A stretch of 64,000 bases of DNA from a virus (lineage: Duplodnaviria; Heunggongvirae; Uroviricota; Caudoviricetes): IMG/VR virus record IMGVR_UViG_3300042260_000241; one strand, given 5' to 3'. A model generated the notes under the pieces. It did no database searches. It was not told the DNA's origin and saw only the letters and a list, made by a program, of their open reading frames with translations. Every line of letters begins with the position of its first letter. Within the stretch, counting starts at the first letter, position 1. The position numbers and the translations under genes were made by a program. Shown here piece by piece: positions 24,481 through 33,335 of this stretch.

Positions 24481-24622
24481 AAATATTAGGATAGGTTCAG
24501 CAACACCTCTATCGGCGTGAAAGCGCCACATAGGACTGGGCGTAGACAAGTTAAATCCTTTACGTCCTAATGAGTCTTCGAGTTCCTCATGAAAAATAAA
24601 GAAGTAGGCAACTATCCTGTTT
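24481..24622 (+). ncRNA. Y-RNA-like element E, immediately upstream of the Ro60-like gene
   Basis: attAGGATAGgTTCAGCAAc ... gcaaCTATCCTgtt terminal stem. Internal hairpins ggcg-tgaaa-gcgcc and atgag...ctcat. Confidence 0.5.
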
Positions 24623-24629
24623 ACATTAA

Positions 24630-24660
24630 TTCGTTGATATGTTATAATCTATCTATGAAT
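24630..24660 (+). promoter_or_regulatory. early promoter for the Ro60-like gene
   Basis: ACATTAATTCGTTGATATGTTATAAT. Confidence 0.45.
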
Positions 24661-24746
24661 TGAGGTTAAGTTCCGCAAATCATCGCTGATAATTGGGTCC
24701 GCCCAACATTAGCTCCATTTATTAACCTGTTGAAAGTGAAAAAATC

Positions 24747-26183
24747 ATGAATACTTTTGTTCAAGCCGTTCAGGCACAAGAAGCTCGTACCGAAAACGGT
24801 ATGAAGGCTCGTAAGTCCACTGCATCAAAGTGTGTAGACTTGTTCTTCAAGCTCGGCGCCATGCGTGGCAAGGATATCACCAAGGAATTCGTCGCAGCTT
24901 ATGTTGAAGACAAGGACTTGGCTTTGCGTATCGCTCAGCATGCCCGTGACGCACGCGGTGGTGCTGGTGAACGTAAGATCTTCCGTGATATTCTAGTTTA
25001 TCTAGAAAAGCATGATGCAGAAGCTGCTAAGGCTCTGCTTCGTAAGGTACCTGAAATCGGTCGTTGGGACGATATCTTCGTCTTTAAGACTGAAGCGATG
25101 AAGGCCGAGGCATATACTATGTTGGGTGACGCTCTTCGTGAGAAGAATGGTCTCGCAGCAAAGTGGACTCCTCGTCAAGGTCCTATTGCGGTTGAAATCC
25201 GTAAGTTCTTCGGTATGTCTCCAAAGTTCTATCGTAAGTCCTTGGTTGAAATGACTAAGGTTGTAGAATCCGCGATGTGTGCGAAGGAATGGGATACCAT
25301 CAACTTCAGTCACGTTCCTTCTGTTGCAGCTGCACGCTACAAGAAGGCCTTTAACCGTAACACTACCGAGTACGCTAAGTATGTCGCAGAGTTGGTGAAG
25401 GATCCTAAGGATCGTAGTATTGAAGTTAAGGTCAATGCTGGCGCTGTATACCCATACGACGTCATCAAGGGTTTGAATGGTTATGGCTATTCTAACTCGT
25501 TCGATAAGACCGAACTTGACCTCATCACTAAGCAATGGGAGGCTTTGCCCAACTATGTCGGTGATGCAAATGTCCTAGCATTGGTTGACGTTTCTGGTTC
25601 TATGGCTTGTCCAGTAGGAGGTTTTGGTTCCGGTGCTAAGACTACTTGTATGGACGTAGCGGTTTCGCTTGGTTTGTATGTTGCAGAAAAGAACAAGGGT
25701 AAGTTCAAGGATACTTTCTTGACTTTCTCAGAATCTCCTGAACTATTGCACCTTAAGGGTAACGTTGTTCAGAAGTCTCAACAAATGGTTAAGTCTACTT
25801 GGGGTATGTCCACTAACCTACACAAGGCTATGGAAAAGATCTTGAAGACTGCTAAGGACGGAAACGTTCCTCAGTCGGAAATGCCTGAGATGTTGTTGAT
25901 CATGTCTGACATGCAATTCAACGCCTGTGCTAAGTTCGATCACTCTGCTATGCAGATGATTGAAAGCAAGTACAAGGCAGCTGGATACGAAATGCCAAAG
26001 ATCGTATTTTGGAACTTGAACGCTAAGGACAACGTGCCAGTGTCGTTCGATAAGTCCGGAGTTGCTCTGGTAGCTGGATTCTCTCCTTCTGTATTGAAGG
26101 CAGTCCTTGCGGCTGATATGGAGCAATTCACTCCTGAAGCAATTATGCGTAAGGCAGTGTGTATCCCACGCTACGACTATTAA
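24747..26183 (+). CDS. Ro60/Rsr-like protein (TROVE-like helical domain plus C-terminal vWA domain)
   Basis: LALVDVSGSM is a MIDAS DxSxS motif, and the C-terminal vWA region resembles Ro60 (ALDVSASM...FSDEM...FTDNE pattern). The 478-aa length and domain order match Ro60. Confidence 0.6.
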   Translation: MNTFVQAVQAQEARTENGMKARKSTASKCVDLFFKLGAMRGKDITKEFVAAYVEDKDLALRIAQHARDARGGAGERKIFRDILVYLEKHDAEAAKALLRKVPEIGRWDDIFVFKTEAMKAEAYTMLGDALREKNGLAAKWTPRQGPIAVEIRKFFGMSPKFYRKSLVEMTKVVESAMCAKEWDTINFSHVPSVAAARYKKAFNRNTTEYAKYVAELVKDPKDRSIEVKVNAGAVYPYDVIKGLNGYGYSNSFDKTELDLITKQWEALPNYVGDANVLALVDVSGSMACPVGGFGSGAKTTCMDVAVSLGLYVAEKNKGKFKDTFLTFSESPELLHLKGNVVQKSQQMVKSTWGMSTNLHKAMEKILKTAKDGNVPQSEMPEMLLIMSDMQFNACAKFDHSAMQMIESKYKAAGYEMPKIVFWNLNAKDNVPVSFDKSGVALVAGFSPSVLKAVLAADMEQFTPEAIMRKAVCIPRYDY

Positions 26184-26199
26184 GCTTCGGCTTAATATA

Positions 26200-26226
26200 A
26201 CAAAGGCCCCGAAAGGGGCCTTTGTA
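26200..26226. terminator. bidirectional rho-independent terminator
   Basis: aaaggcccc-gaaa-ggggccttt lies between convergent genes. Confidence 0.6.
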
Positions 26227-26238
26227 GTTTCTGCATTT

Positions 26239-26853
26239 TTATTTTGACAATGGGTTGTCTATTGCTTTTTGAATTTTACTATCAACGCTAGAGTTAAGCT
26301 TGTCTAACTTACTATCAGTATCTCTACGTAGACGATCCATGTCACGTCTCATAGCTTCAACTTCATCACGTGTTTTATCAAGCGTTGCACGAACATCATT
26401 GCGAATTGCCTTTAAGTCCTGATCAGTTTCACGCTGAGCTTGCTTTACTGAGCGTTCGATCTGTTCAGCAACTGTTTCAGTGCGACGGATGTCAGTCTTA
26501 AGATCGTTCTTAATATCACGAGTGTAGTCTGTCGTCTTTGCCGAATTTTCTTCGATGACTGCAAGGCGCTTGTCGAATTCACTAAGATCTGGAGATACAT
26601 ACTCTGCGATCTTTTTCTTCATGCCTTGATAGTCTTTATAGACTTCAAACGTACCATATAAACCGCCAAGAGTGGATGATAAGATTGTGAAAGCAACCAT
26701 TAGTTTAGCTGGTGTGAATTCGTATCCACCAATGCTAATTACTGTATCTTTGCTTGCATATTTCTTAGCAGCAGCTTCTAGCTTGTCTACTTTTTTGTTA
26801 ATGTCAACTGTGTCTGTCATTTTAGTTTCCTTTCTTGTTATACTGTAAGTCAA
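26239..26853 (-). CDS. membrane-anchored coiled-coil protein
   Basis: An N-terminal transmembrane segment followed by a long charged heptad-rich region. Confidence 0.5.
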   Translation of the reverse strand: MTYSITRKETKMTDTVDINKKVDKLEAAAKKYASKDTVISIGGYEFTPAKLMVAFTILSSTLGGLYGTFEVYKDYQGMKKKIAEYVSPDLSEFDKRLAVIEENSAKTTDYTRDIKNDLKTDIRRTETVAEQIERSVKQAQRETDQDLKAIRNDVRATLDKTRDEVEAMRRDMDRLRRDTDSKLDKLNSSVDSKIQKAIDNPLSK

Positions 26854-28327
26854 CTAAATCTCTATGAAGCCTGTCTGAAGACATCTGGCGCAGAGCACGA
26901 GCATTATCTACTACACTTTGGTTTTTGTAAATTTCTTTTGGTTGATAAAATTGATTATCCGGCATCATTGTAAAATAAGAAGCGTAACCAACTGGTTGAG
27001 TTGCTAGAGCTGTTATATTAACACCTACGGCAGCTTCATTATTCTGTACATTCTTTTTCACCGATTCATTTTGTTGAGTTTGTTGTTGCTGATCGACTTG
27101 CTGATTTCTTTCTTGCATAAAATCAATCACCAATCTATCAGTGGCGTTCATTGAAAATGCAGAGCCTAGCGATACAGTCTTGGTTGAAGACTGATTAGCA
27201 AACCCCGCAACCGATAGGCCTGTTCCAGATGATGCAGAACTAGATGCTGTAGCTGCAACCGATTCAGCGCTTTCACGTGTTGATTGACTAGATGCTAGAG
27301 CAGTCGAAACAGCTTCTTGTGTTACTGATTTTTCTACATTAGCAATTCTACTTTGTTCTGATCTAACAATGGTTAATATCGTAGACAACGATACTGTTGG
27401 AGCAGATTTACTACTTTCAGTCGCCTTGGTTGAAGATTGCGCTTGACTACTTGGTGCGCTTACAGTTGGGGCAGTTTGCTGTGTAACCGTTTGTGTTGGT
27501 GTACTAGTAGGAGCAGCAGTCGTTGTTTGAGTAACGGTTTGCTGAACAGGTGTAGTAACCACTTCAGTTGTCGGAACAACAGTACTCTCAACTGTAGTTG
27601 GAGCTACGGTTGTAGTGTTTTGAGGTTGTATACTCGCTATATACGCGGCGCCGTATCCTGGGCATGTTGGAGAATACAAAGGATTATCCTTACATGGATC
27701 TACAGGCGCAGCACCCGTACTCCAATCAGCGATAGTTCCATTCACTACAAGTGTACCAAACGGAGCAAAATACTTTTGATCGTATTGTCCTTGTGCTGGA
27801 TCTCCAACTGTACCTACTGAAACGTTAGTCATATTAAGACCTAGCGAATAGTAAGATGTAGAGATAGATCCATCAGCCTTGATCGTTGTAGTGAATGTAT
27901 TTAAAGCAGGAGCTCCTCCATAATACTGACTAATATTATTCCAACTGTACTTCATTGAAGAGCCATCGCCTTGAGTGGTATATGTAGTTCCACTGTTTGG
28001 AGCAATATCAGCCCAAAGAGATGCTATGAAATAACTAGCCATAGCATCTTTAAGCTGACGAGAATCCCACTGCCAAGGAGATAGAGAACCTTCAGTGCCC
28101 GGTTGCTTAAAGCTTATGACACCATTATCATACATCCAAGATTCTGTAAATGTCTGTCCATAGAATGGAAAGGAGAATCCAAGAGGTACGTGTGCGTATC
28201 CATCGTCACCTATTTGATGAGTGACGATGGGCGATTGAGTTGTGATTACTTGAGAATTAGAAACCGAATAGCTTGTAGATAGCAATACCAAGCAAGCTAC
28301 CGACACCAATTTTCTTGTATGTATCAT
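26822..28327 (-). CDS. secreted protein with a Thr/Pro/Ser-rich (mucin-like) linker
   Basis: A signal-peptide-like N-terminus (after an internal Met), a Cys-containing globular domain and a long TTxxPT repeat region. Confidence 0.5.
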   Translation of the reverse strand: MIHTRKLVSVACLVLLSTSYSVSNSQVITTQSPIVTHQIGDDGYAHVPLGFSFPFYGQTFTESWMYDNGVISFKQPGTEGSLSPWQWDSRQLKDAMASYFIASLWADIAPNSGTTYTTQGDGSSMKYSWNNISQYYGGAPALNTFTTTIKADGSISTSYYSLGLNMTNVSVGTVGDPAQGQYDQKYFAPFGTLVVNGTIADWSTGAAPVDPCKDNPLYSPTCPGYGAAYIASIQPQNTTTVAPTTVESTVVPTTEVVTTPVQQTVTQTTTAAPTSTPTQTVTQQTAPTVSAPSSQAQSSTKATESSKSAPTVSLSTILTIVRSEQSRIANVEKSVTQEAVSTALASSQSTRESAESVAATASSSASSGTGLSVAGFANQSSTKTVSLGSAFSMNATDRLVIDFMQERNQQVDQQQQTQQNESVKKNVQNNEAAVGVNITALATQPVGYASYFTMMPDNQFYQPKEIYKNQSVVDNARALRQMSSDRLHRDLVDLQYNKKGN

Positions 28328-29111
28328 CACTCTTCTCCTTGATTGGTTGTGGGATCTTCTCTGGATTAGATTCCCATTGCTGACGAGCAGCTTCACCAAT
28401 CTTACCTTCATATGGGCATGGAGTTCCAGCTGCCAACATGGCATCAAAGACACGACGATCTTGACACATTGTTGCTACAGCAGCAACCTTCATTCCCATA
28501 TCATATAAAGTCTTTGATAACTTTAGGCGTTCGCAGTTCTCATCTCTGATTGTGCCGCCAGTGGAGACACCAAAGATTTGTGTTTGAACAGAACCAGATG
28601 TACCAGTTGTACATAGATCGCTGTTACCACCCGACATCATAGATGGAGCTACTGCTGTTGGAGGAGGTTGAATTACACGTTGATTAATATCAGTAACGCT
28701 GATATTACGATTGGTCATATCACCGGTGTTAACGTTTTGATTGACGTTAGTTGCAGCCGATGTATTATTGTTGTTATATGTCATAGTACCGGAGTTGACA
28801 TTGTTGTTATTGTATGTCATTGTTCCGGTACTTACGTTATTGTTATTCACTGTCGTCTCACCACTGTTTACGTTCACGTTTGTATTCGTGTTTGTAGATG
28901 TATTGGTGTTAGTAGACGTACTAGTAACAGTACTAGTACTTGTGTTAGTACTAGTAGCGTTTGTAGTATTGTTTGATGTTACGGTGCTTGTACTCGTAGA
29001 ATTATTGTTAGTGTCTACAAGTGTTTTCGAGTCATAGGTCGTTTGAGCGACCGACATAGATGAAGCCATAACAAAAAGCACCGCTGCGGATATAGCGGTC
29101 TTCTTGTTCAT
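28257..29111 (-). CDS. secreted Ser/Thr/Asn-rich repeat protein
   Basis: A signal peptide, (STN)n low-complexity repeats and a C-terminal Cys-containing domain. Confidence 0.5.
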   Translation of the reverse strand: MNKKTAISAAVLFVMASSMSVAQTTYDSKTLVDTNNNSTSTSTVTSNNTTNATSTNTSTSTVTSTSTNTNTSTNTNTNVNVNSGETTVNNNNVSTGTMTYNNNNVNSGTMTYNNNNTSAATNVNQNVNTGDMTNRNISVTDINQRVIQPPPTAVAPSMMSGGNSDLCTTGTSGSVQTQIFGVSTGGTIRDENCERLKLSKTLYDMGMKVAAVATMCQDRRVFDAMLAAGTPCPYEGKIGEAARQQWESNPEKIPQPIKEKSDDTYKKIGVGSLLGIAIYKLFGF

Positions 29112-29249
29112 TTTAGTCCTTCTTATTCTGGCTTGTTACAGTCTTTGCAGGGTTGGTCCTTTGGATGTAGCGCCCCACAACGCTTACATTCTTTTGTGTT
29201 ATACATTCCTCACCTTTCGTGTTTTATACATATTTATAAGGAGAGAAAA

Positions 29250-29537
29250 ATGCCAGGTGTATATCGTGAGAAAACTTGCCCGACGTGTGGAACTAAACAC
29301 CGTAAGAAGGGTATCTTTTGCTCAAAAACATGCTCTAATAAAGGACGTGATGAAGAGTACAGAGCAAAAATGCGAGATAGGATGCTTAATACTGATGAAG
29401 GACAAGTGAGAGCATGGAATTTAAATTGGGATGAAACGGATGAACCCGTAGCACCTCAAATTTATAAAGAAAAACCATCTCTTCAAAGAGGTCAATTTAT
29501 TTCAGGAGGTGATATTTGGACTATTGCAGATGATTAA
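29250..29537 (+). CDS. zinc-ribbon protein
   Basis: CPTCG...CSKTC motif with an AAGGAG Shine-Dalgarno sequence. Confidence 0.45.
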   Translation: MPGVYREKTCPTCGTKHRKKGIFCSKTCSNKGRDEEYRAKMRDRMLNTDEGQVRAWNLNWDETDEPVAPQIYKEKPSLQRGQFISGGDIWTIADD

Positions 29538-29603
29538 TTAGATTGTACAAATAATCGTAAACCATATATAATTAAACCATATAAACATTCTAGGAGTTAG
29601 AAT

Positions 29604-30581
29604 ATGAAAACAGGCATCCTCATCGGGCGCTTTCAGCCCTTTCACGTCGGTCACTTACATTCTGTCGGAGTGGCAGCATCCCAAGTAGACAAGCTCTACA
29701 TTCTCGTTGGTTCGGCAAATGCATGTCGATCAATCAAAAACCCTTGGACTTTTGCAGAACGAAAAGATATGATTCGTTCAAAACTTTGGTCTGCACACAT
29801 CACTAATGTTGAGATAGTACCTCTCAATGATTATCCCTATAACGATACGCAATGGATCGCTGATGTTCGAGCAACTGCTGAACATTATGACATGGGAAAG
29901 CCTACACTCTTTGGTCACATGAAGGAAGGTAATGACTATCTTAAATGGTTTCCTGATTGGAAGTACCGCGATATTGAAACTCCTCATCCGGTGAATGCCA
30001 CATCTATTCGTCAACGTATGTACGCGACTGACGATTCAACAATGCCCCGCACAGTACGTGATGATTTTGCATATTATGAAAAAGAAAAGAAACTTTTTGC
30101 AAATTACCCATTTCCAGAAACACTTAACTTCAACTGTGGAGACGCTGTCGTCGAATGCCAAGGACACGTCCTTCTTATCCGTCGGCTCCGTGCGCCGGGG
30201 GCAGGAGCTTGGGCTCTACCTGGTGGGTTTAAAAACGGGAACGAGTCCTTTTTGGACTGCGCAGTACGAGAACTACAAGAAGAAACAAATATTCGAGTCC
30301 CTGAGAAAGTCCTTCGAGGATCAATCGTAAAGACTGAATTGTTTGACTCTCCAAAGCGTTCATTTGGAATTCCACGCAATACGCTTGCCGTGTACTTCCG
30401 TATCAATCCTGATCCAGATGGTGGTCTACCTCGTGCAAATGGCGCAGATGATGCAGCTGAATGCAAATGGTTTCCTCTCACCGATGTGCTTAATTCAATG
30501 GAATTGTATGACGACCATGCGCACATCATCTCCAAGGTCACTGGTGTAATGCCCATGCCGGCATTTGTCGGTGTACGATAA
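29604..30581 (+). CDS. natV: bifunctional NMN adenylyltransferase / Nudix hydrolase (NatV/NadM-Nudix)
   Basis: GRFQPFHVGH matches the (H/T)xGH nucleotidyltransferase motif. A C-terminal Nudix box GGFKNGNESFLDCAVRELQEETNI is present. Confidence 0.8.
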   Translation: MKTGILIGRFQPFHVGHLHSVGVAASQVDKLYILVGSANACRSIKNPWTFAERKDMIRSKLWSAHITNVEIVPLNDYPYNDTQWIADVRATAEHYDMGKPTLFGHMKEGNDYLKWFPDWKYRDIETPHPVNATSIRQRMYATDDSTMPRTVRDDFAYYEKEKKLFANYPFPETLNFNCGDAVVECQGHVLLIRRLRAPGAGAWALPGGFKNGNESFLDCAVRELQEETNIRVPEKVLRGSIVKTELFDSPKRSFGIPRNTLAVYFRINPDPDGGLPRANGADDAAECKWFPLTDVLNSMELYDDHAHIISKVTGVMPMPAFVGVR

Positions 30582-30629
30582 TTCGTCAATTTGTTATAAT
30601 TAATCATCAACTAAAGTAAGGAGCTTACT

Positions 30630-32030
30630 ATGAAACTCGCTAAATCAATCATTCTTAACACCGATAGTTACAAAGTCTCGATGTTCAAACAGTATCCGAT
30701 TGGCACTACTGGCGTCTACAGCTACATTGAATCTCGTGGTGGTCGTTACGACGAAACTGTATTCTTCGGTCTGCAAGCATTCATTAAGGAGTATCTACTT
30801 GAACCAATCACACAAGCCGACATTGACTTGGCGGATGAGATTCTTTCTGCACACGGGGAACCTTTCAACAGGGTCGGCTGGGAATATATCCTGCAGACGC
30901 ACGGTGGTTTCCTCCCAGTGGTTATTCGTGCTGTACCTGAAGGCACTGTGGTCCCTGTCAAAAACGTTCTGGCAACAATCGAGAACACTGACCCAGAATG
31001 TTTCTGGTTGACAACCTATCTGGAAACTGCTCTGCTTCGTGCAGTGTGGTATCCCACAACAGTTGCTACTCAAAGCAAATATATTAAGAACATTATCAAA
31101 GACTTTTTGGAGCGTACTGGTGACCCTACTCTCATTGATTTTAAGTTGCACGACTTTGGTGCTCGCGGTGTTTCTAGTATGGAGTCTGCTGGAATCGGCG
31201 GCGCCGCTCATCTCGTTAACTTTATGGGAACGGATACTATTACGGGGATTCTTTACGCTCGTGAGTATTACAACGCTGGCATTGCTGGTTTTAGTATTCC
31301 TGCCGCCGAACACAGCACCATCACAAGTTGGGGTCGTGAAAACGAGGTAAAAGCATATGCAAACATGGTTCAACAATTCGCCAAACCTGGTTCCATTGTT
31401 GCTGTTGTTAGCGACAGCTATGATGTTTATAATGCCGCTTCCAAACTTTGGGGGGAAGAACTTCGTCAACAAGTTATTGATAGTGGTGCAACTATCGTTA
31501 TTCGCCCTGACAGTGGTGATCCTGTGGAAGTAAACCGTCGCCTAGTTGAGATCCTAGGAGAAAAGTTTGGCTACACTACAAACGCAAAGGGATTCAAGGT
31601 CCTAAACAATGTTCGTCTTATTCAAGGTGATGGTGTTAACGAACTTACTATTCGTTCTATCCTTGGCTCTTTCATGGCAATGGGTTGGTCTGCTGACAAT
31701 ATTGCTTTTGGTATGGGTGGAGCTCTACTTCAACAAGTTGACCGCGACACTCAAAAGTTTGCAATGAAGTGTAGTTCTATGCAAATGAATGGCTTGTGGA
31801 ACGATGTGCAGAAAGACCCTATCACCGATCCTGGCAAGAAATCTAAAGCAGGTCGTGTCACTCTTTGGAAGAGTGGTGGCGAATGGATTAGTGCAGTCGA
31901 TCGACCAACCGGCTGGTATGACCGTGCGATCGGTGAAGTCGAAGAAGTCCTTGAAGAAGTCTATCGTGATGGTAAACTAATCACCGAATACACATTCGAA
32001 GACGTACGTAAAGCTTCAAACGCTATCTGA
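30630..32030 (+). CDS. nadV: nicotinamide phosphoribosyltransferase (NadV)
   Basis: A 466-aa NAPRTase-family protein. Its N-terminus MKLAKSIILNTDSYKVSM is typical of NadV/Nampt. It lies adjacent to natV, as in KVP40-like phages. Confidence 0.8.
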   Translation: MKLAKSIILNTDSYKVSMFKQYPIGTTGVYSYIESRGGRYDETVFFGLQAFIKEYLLEPITQADIDLADEILSAHGEPFNRVGWEYILQTHGGFLPVVIRAVPEGTVVPVKNVLATIENTDPECFWLTTYLETALLRAVWYPTTVATQSKYIKNIIKDFLERTGDPTLIDFKLHDFGARGVSSMESAGIGGAAHLVNFMGTDTITGILYAREYYNAGIAGFSIPAAEHSTITSWGRENEVKAYANMVQQFAKPGSIVAVVSDSYDVYNAASKLWGEELRQQVIDSGATIVIRPDSGDPVEVNRRLVEILGEKFGYTTNAKGFKVLNNVRLIQGDGVNELTIRSILGSFMAMGWSADNIAFGMGGALLQQVDRDTQKFAMKCSSMQMNGLWNDVQKDPITDPGKKSKAGRVTLWKSGGEWISAVDRPTGWYDRAIGEVEEVLEEVYRDGKLITEYTFEDVRKASNAI

Positions 32031-32049
32031 ATACTTTAGGTTTCAGTTT

Positions 32050-32120
32050 CAAATACCCGACTAATTTAGTCGGGTATTGTCGTTTTAGTGTACGGAAATT
32101 CGTCAATTTGATATAATACA
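32050..32120 (+). promoter_or_regulatory. PeSL-like module (stem-loop plus early promoter)
   Basis: Hairpin atacccgactaatttagtcgggtat followed by TGTACGGAAATTCGTCAATTTGATATAAT. Confidence 0.55.
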
Positions 32121-32123
32121 TCT

Positions 32124-32390
32124 ATGGAATTAAAAATCAACATTCTTATAGAGGCGATGAAAGCTCAAATCGCTAAACCTACACGAGCTGTAGTGAACAG
32201 TGAGTCTGCTTTCGTCAAGGATCGTCTTAACAAACTCGGCGAATACGAACTAGCAAAATCGTATTGGAATTGGGTGTGTATGAATAGCTCGAATGCAATA
32301 TTTGGAGACGAAGTCATGAACTTGCAAGATCAACTTGACGCGATTGATAAACAATCTATCATGCCTTCATGGGGCACGTACGGAACATAA
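32124..32390 (+). CDS. hypothetical protein
   Basis: A single ORF between PeSL-like modules. Confidence 0.4.
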   Translation: MELKINILIEAMKAQIAKPTRAVVNSESAFVKDRLNKLGEYELAKSYWNWVCMNSSNAIFGDEVMNLQDQLDAIDKQSIMPSWGTYGT

Positions 32391-32451
32391 TAATTGACTA
32401 AAATAGTCGGGTATTGTGTACGGAAATTCATCAATTTGATATAATCTATCT

Positions 32452-32670
32452 ATGAACAACGAAATTACTTTAGAAGGTTTGACAAAGGCACAGTGTGTAA
32501 TCGCAGATTGCCTTTGGAAAGCTGATACTCAAGAAGACATTGCCAAAGTGATTGCTCTTTTTGGTGAAACTGAAGTGAATCTCATCAAACAGCTTATGTT
32601 GGCTGCGATGTTTGATGAAGTTGAAGATGTTTCGCATGCCAACGCTCTTTTGAAATCTTTTACTCTGTAA
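32452..32670 (+). CDS. hypothetical protein
   Basis: A single ORF. Confidence 0.4.
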   Translation: MNNEITLEGLTKAQCVIADCLWKADTQEDIAKVIALFGETEVNLIKQLMLAAMFDEVEDVSHANALLKSFTL

Positions 32671-32681
32671 GGAACTATATC

Positions 32682-32963
32682 ATGGAATCCACTGTGACTC
32701 TCATCAAAGCTCGTCGTGAACAACTCGCTACGATTCGTGCTGAACTTAAAGAATTGACTGCTAAAGCGAAAGCTGAACGTGTTCAATTGGTTGCTAATCG
32801 TAAAGCTGAAGTTGAAGCTCGCAAACAAGAACGTGATGTGAAGAAAGCTGAACGCATTGCAAAGCTTGAAGCTCGCCTGCGCGATCTGAAATCTCCTCCT
32901 GTTGGTGCCAAAGCGCTTAAAGCAGCTCGCAAACCTGGACCTGTAACTGTAACCAAAAGTTAA
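32682..32963 (+). CDS. coiled-coil protein
   Basis: Lys/Glu/Ala-rich heptads. Confidence 0.4.
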   Translation: MESTVTLIKARREQLATIRAELKELTAKAKAERVQLVANRKAEVEARKQERDVKKAERIAKLEARLRDLKSPPVGAKALKAARKPGPVTVTKS

Positions 32964-33056
32964 CAGTTAATAGTTGACTAAAACAGTCAACTACTATGTA
33001 CAGAAATTAGACGTTTTGTTATAATTAACCTATCGACAAACAAACAAGGAAACACT

Positions 33057-33335
33057 ATGTCTCAGATGATCAAGCAATACGAAACTTCCAAAGGCGGTCT
33101 GGTTCAAGAATTCGCATCAGGTCTAATTCGTCACACTGCTGCTAAGGGTTTTTACTCTGGCGATATCGCTGAGACCGGTGTAATGCCTGCTCTTCCAGTG
33201 AAGCGTGGTCGTGGTCGTCCTCGTAAAGACATCGGCGAATCTGGCGCAGTGTTTGACTTCAGCGCATTCATTCCTCCTAAAGTTCCGAAGTGGACTGGTC
33301 CTTCTCGTAAGTTTGTGTTCAGCAAGGGCGAATAA
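33057..33335 (+). CDS. AT-hook DNA-binding protein
   Basis: KRGRGRPRKD is an AT-hook motif. Confidence 0.45.
   Translation: MSQMIKQYETSKGGLVQEFASGLIRHTAAKGFYSGDIAETGVMPALPVKRGRGRPRKDIGESGAVFDFSAFIPPKVPKWTGPSRKFVFSKGE

Noticed and set aside
25002-25535. Minus-strand ORFs antisense to the Ro60-like gene (25002..25535-, 25818..26126-).
   Set aside because: They are antisense to a long, well-supported ORF and have no start context.
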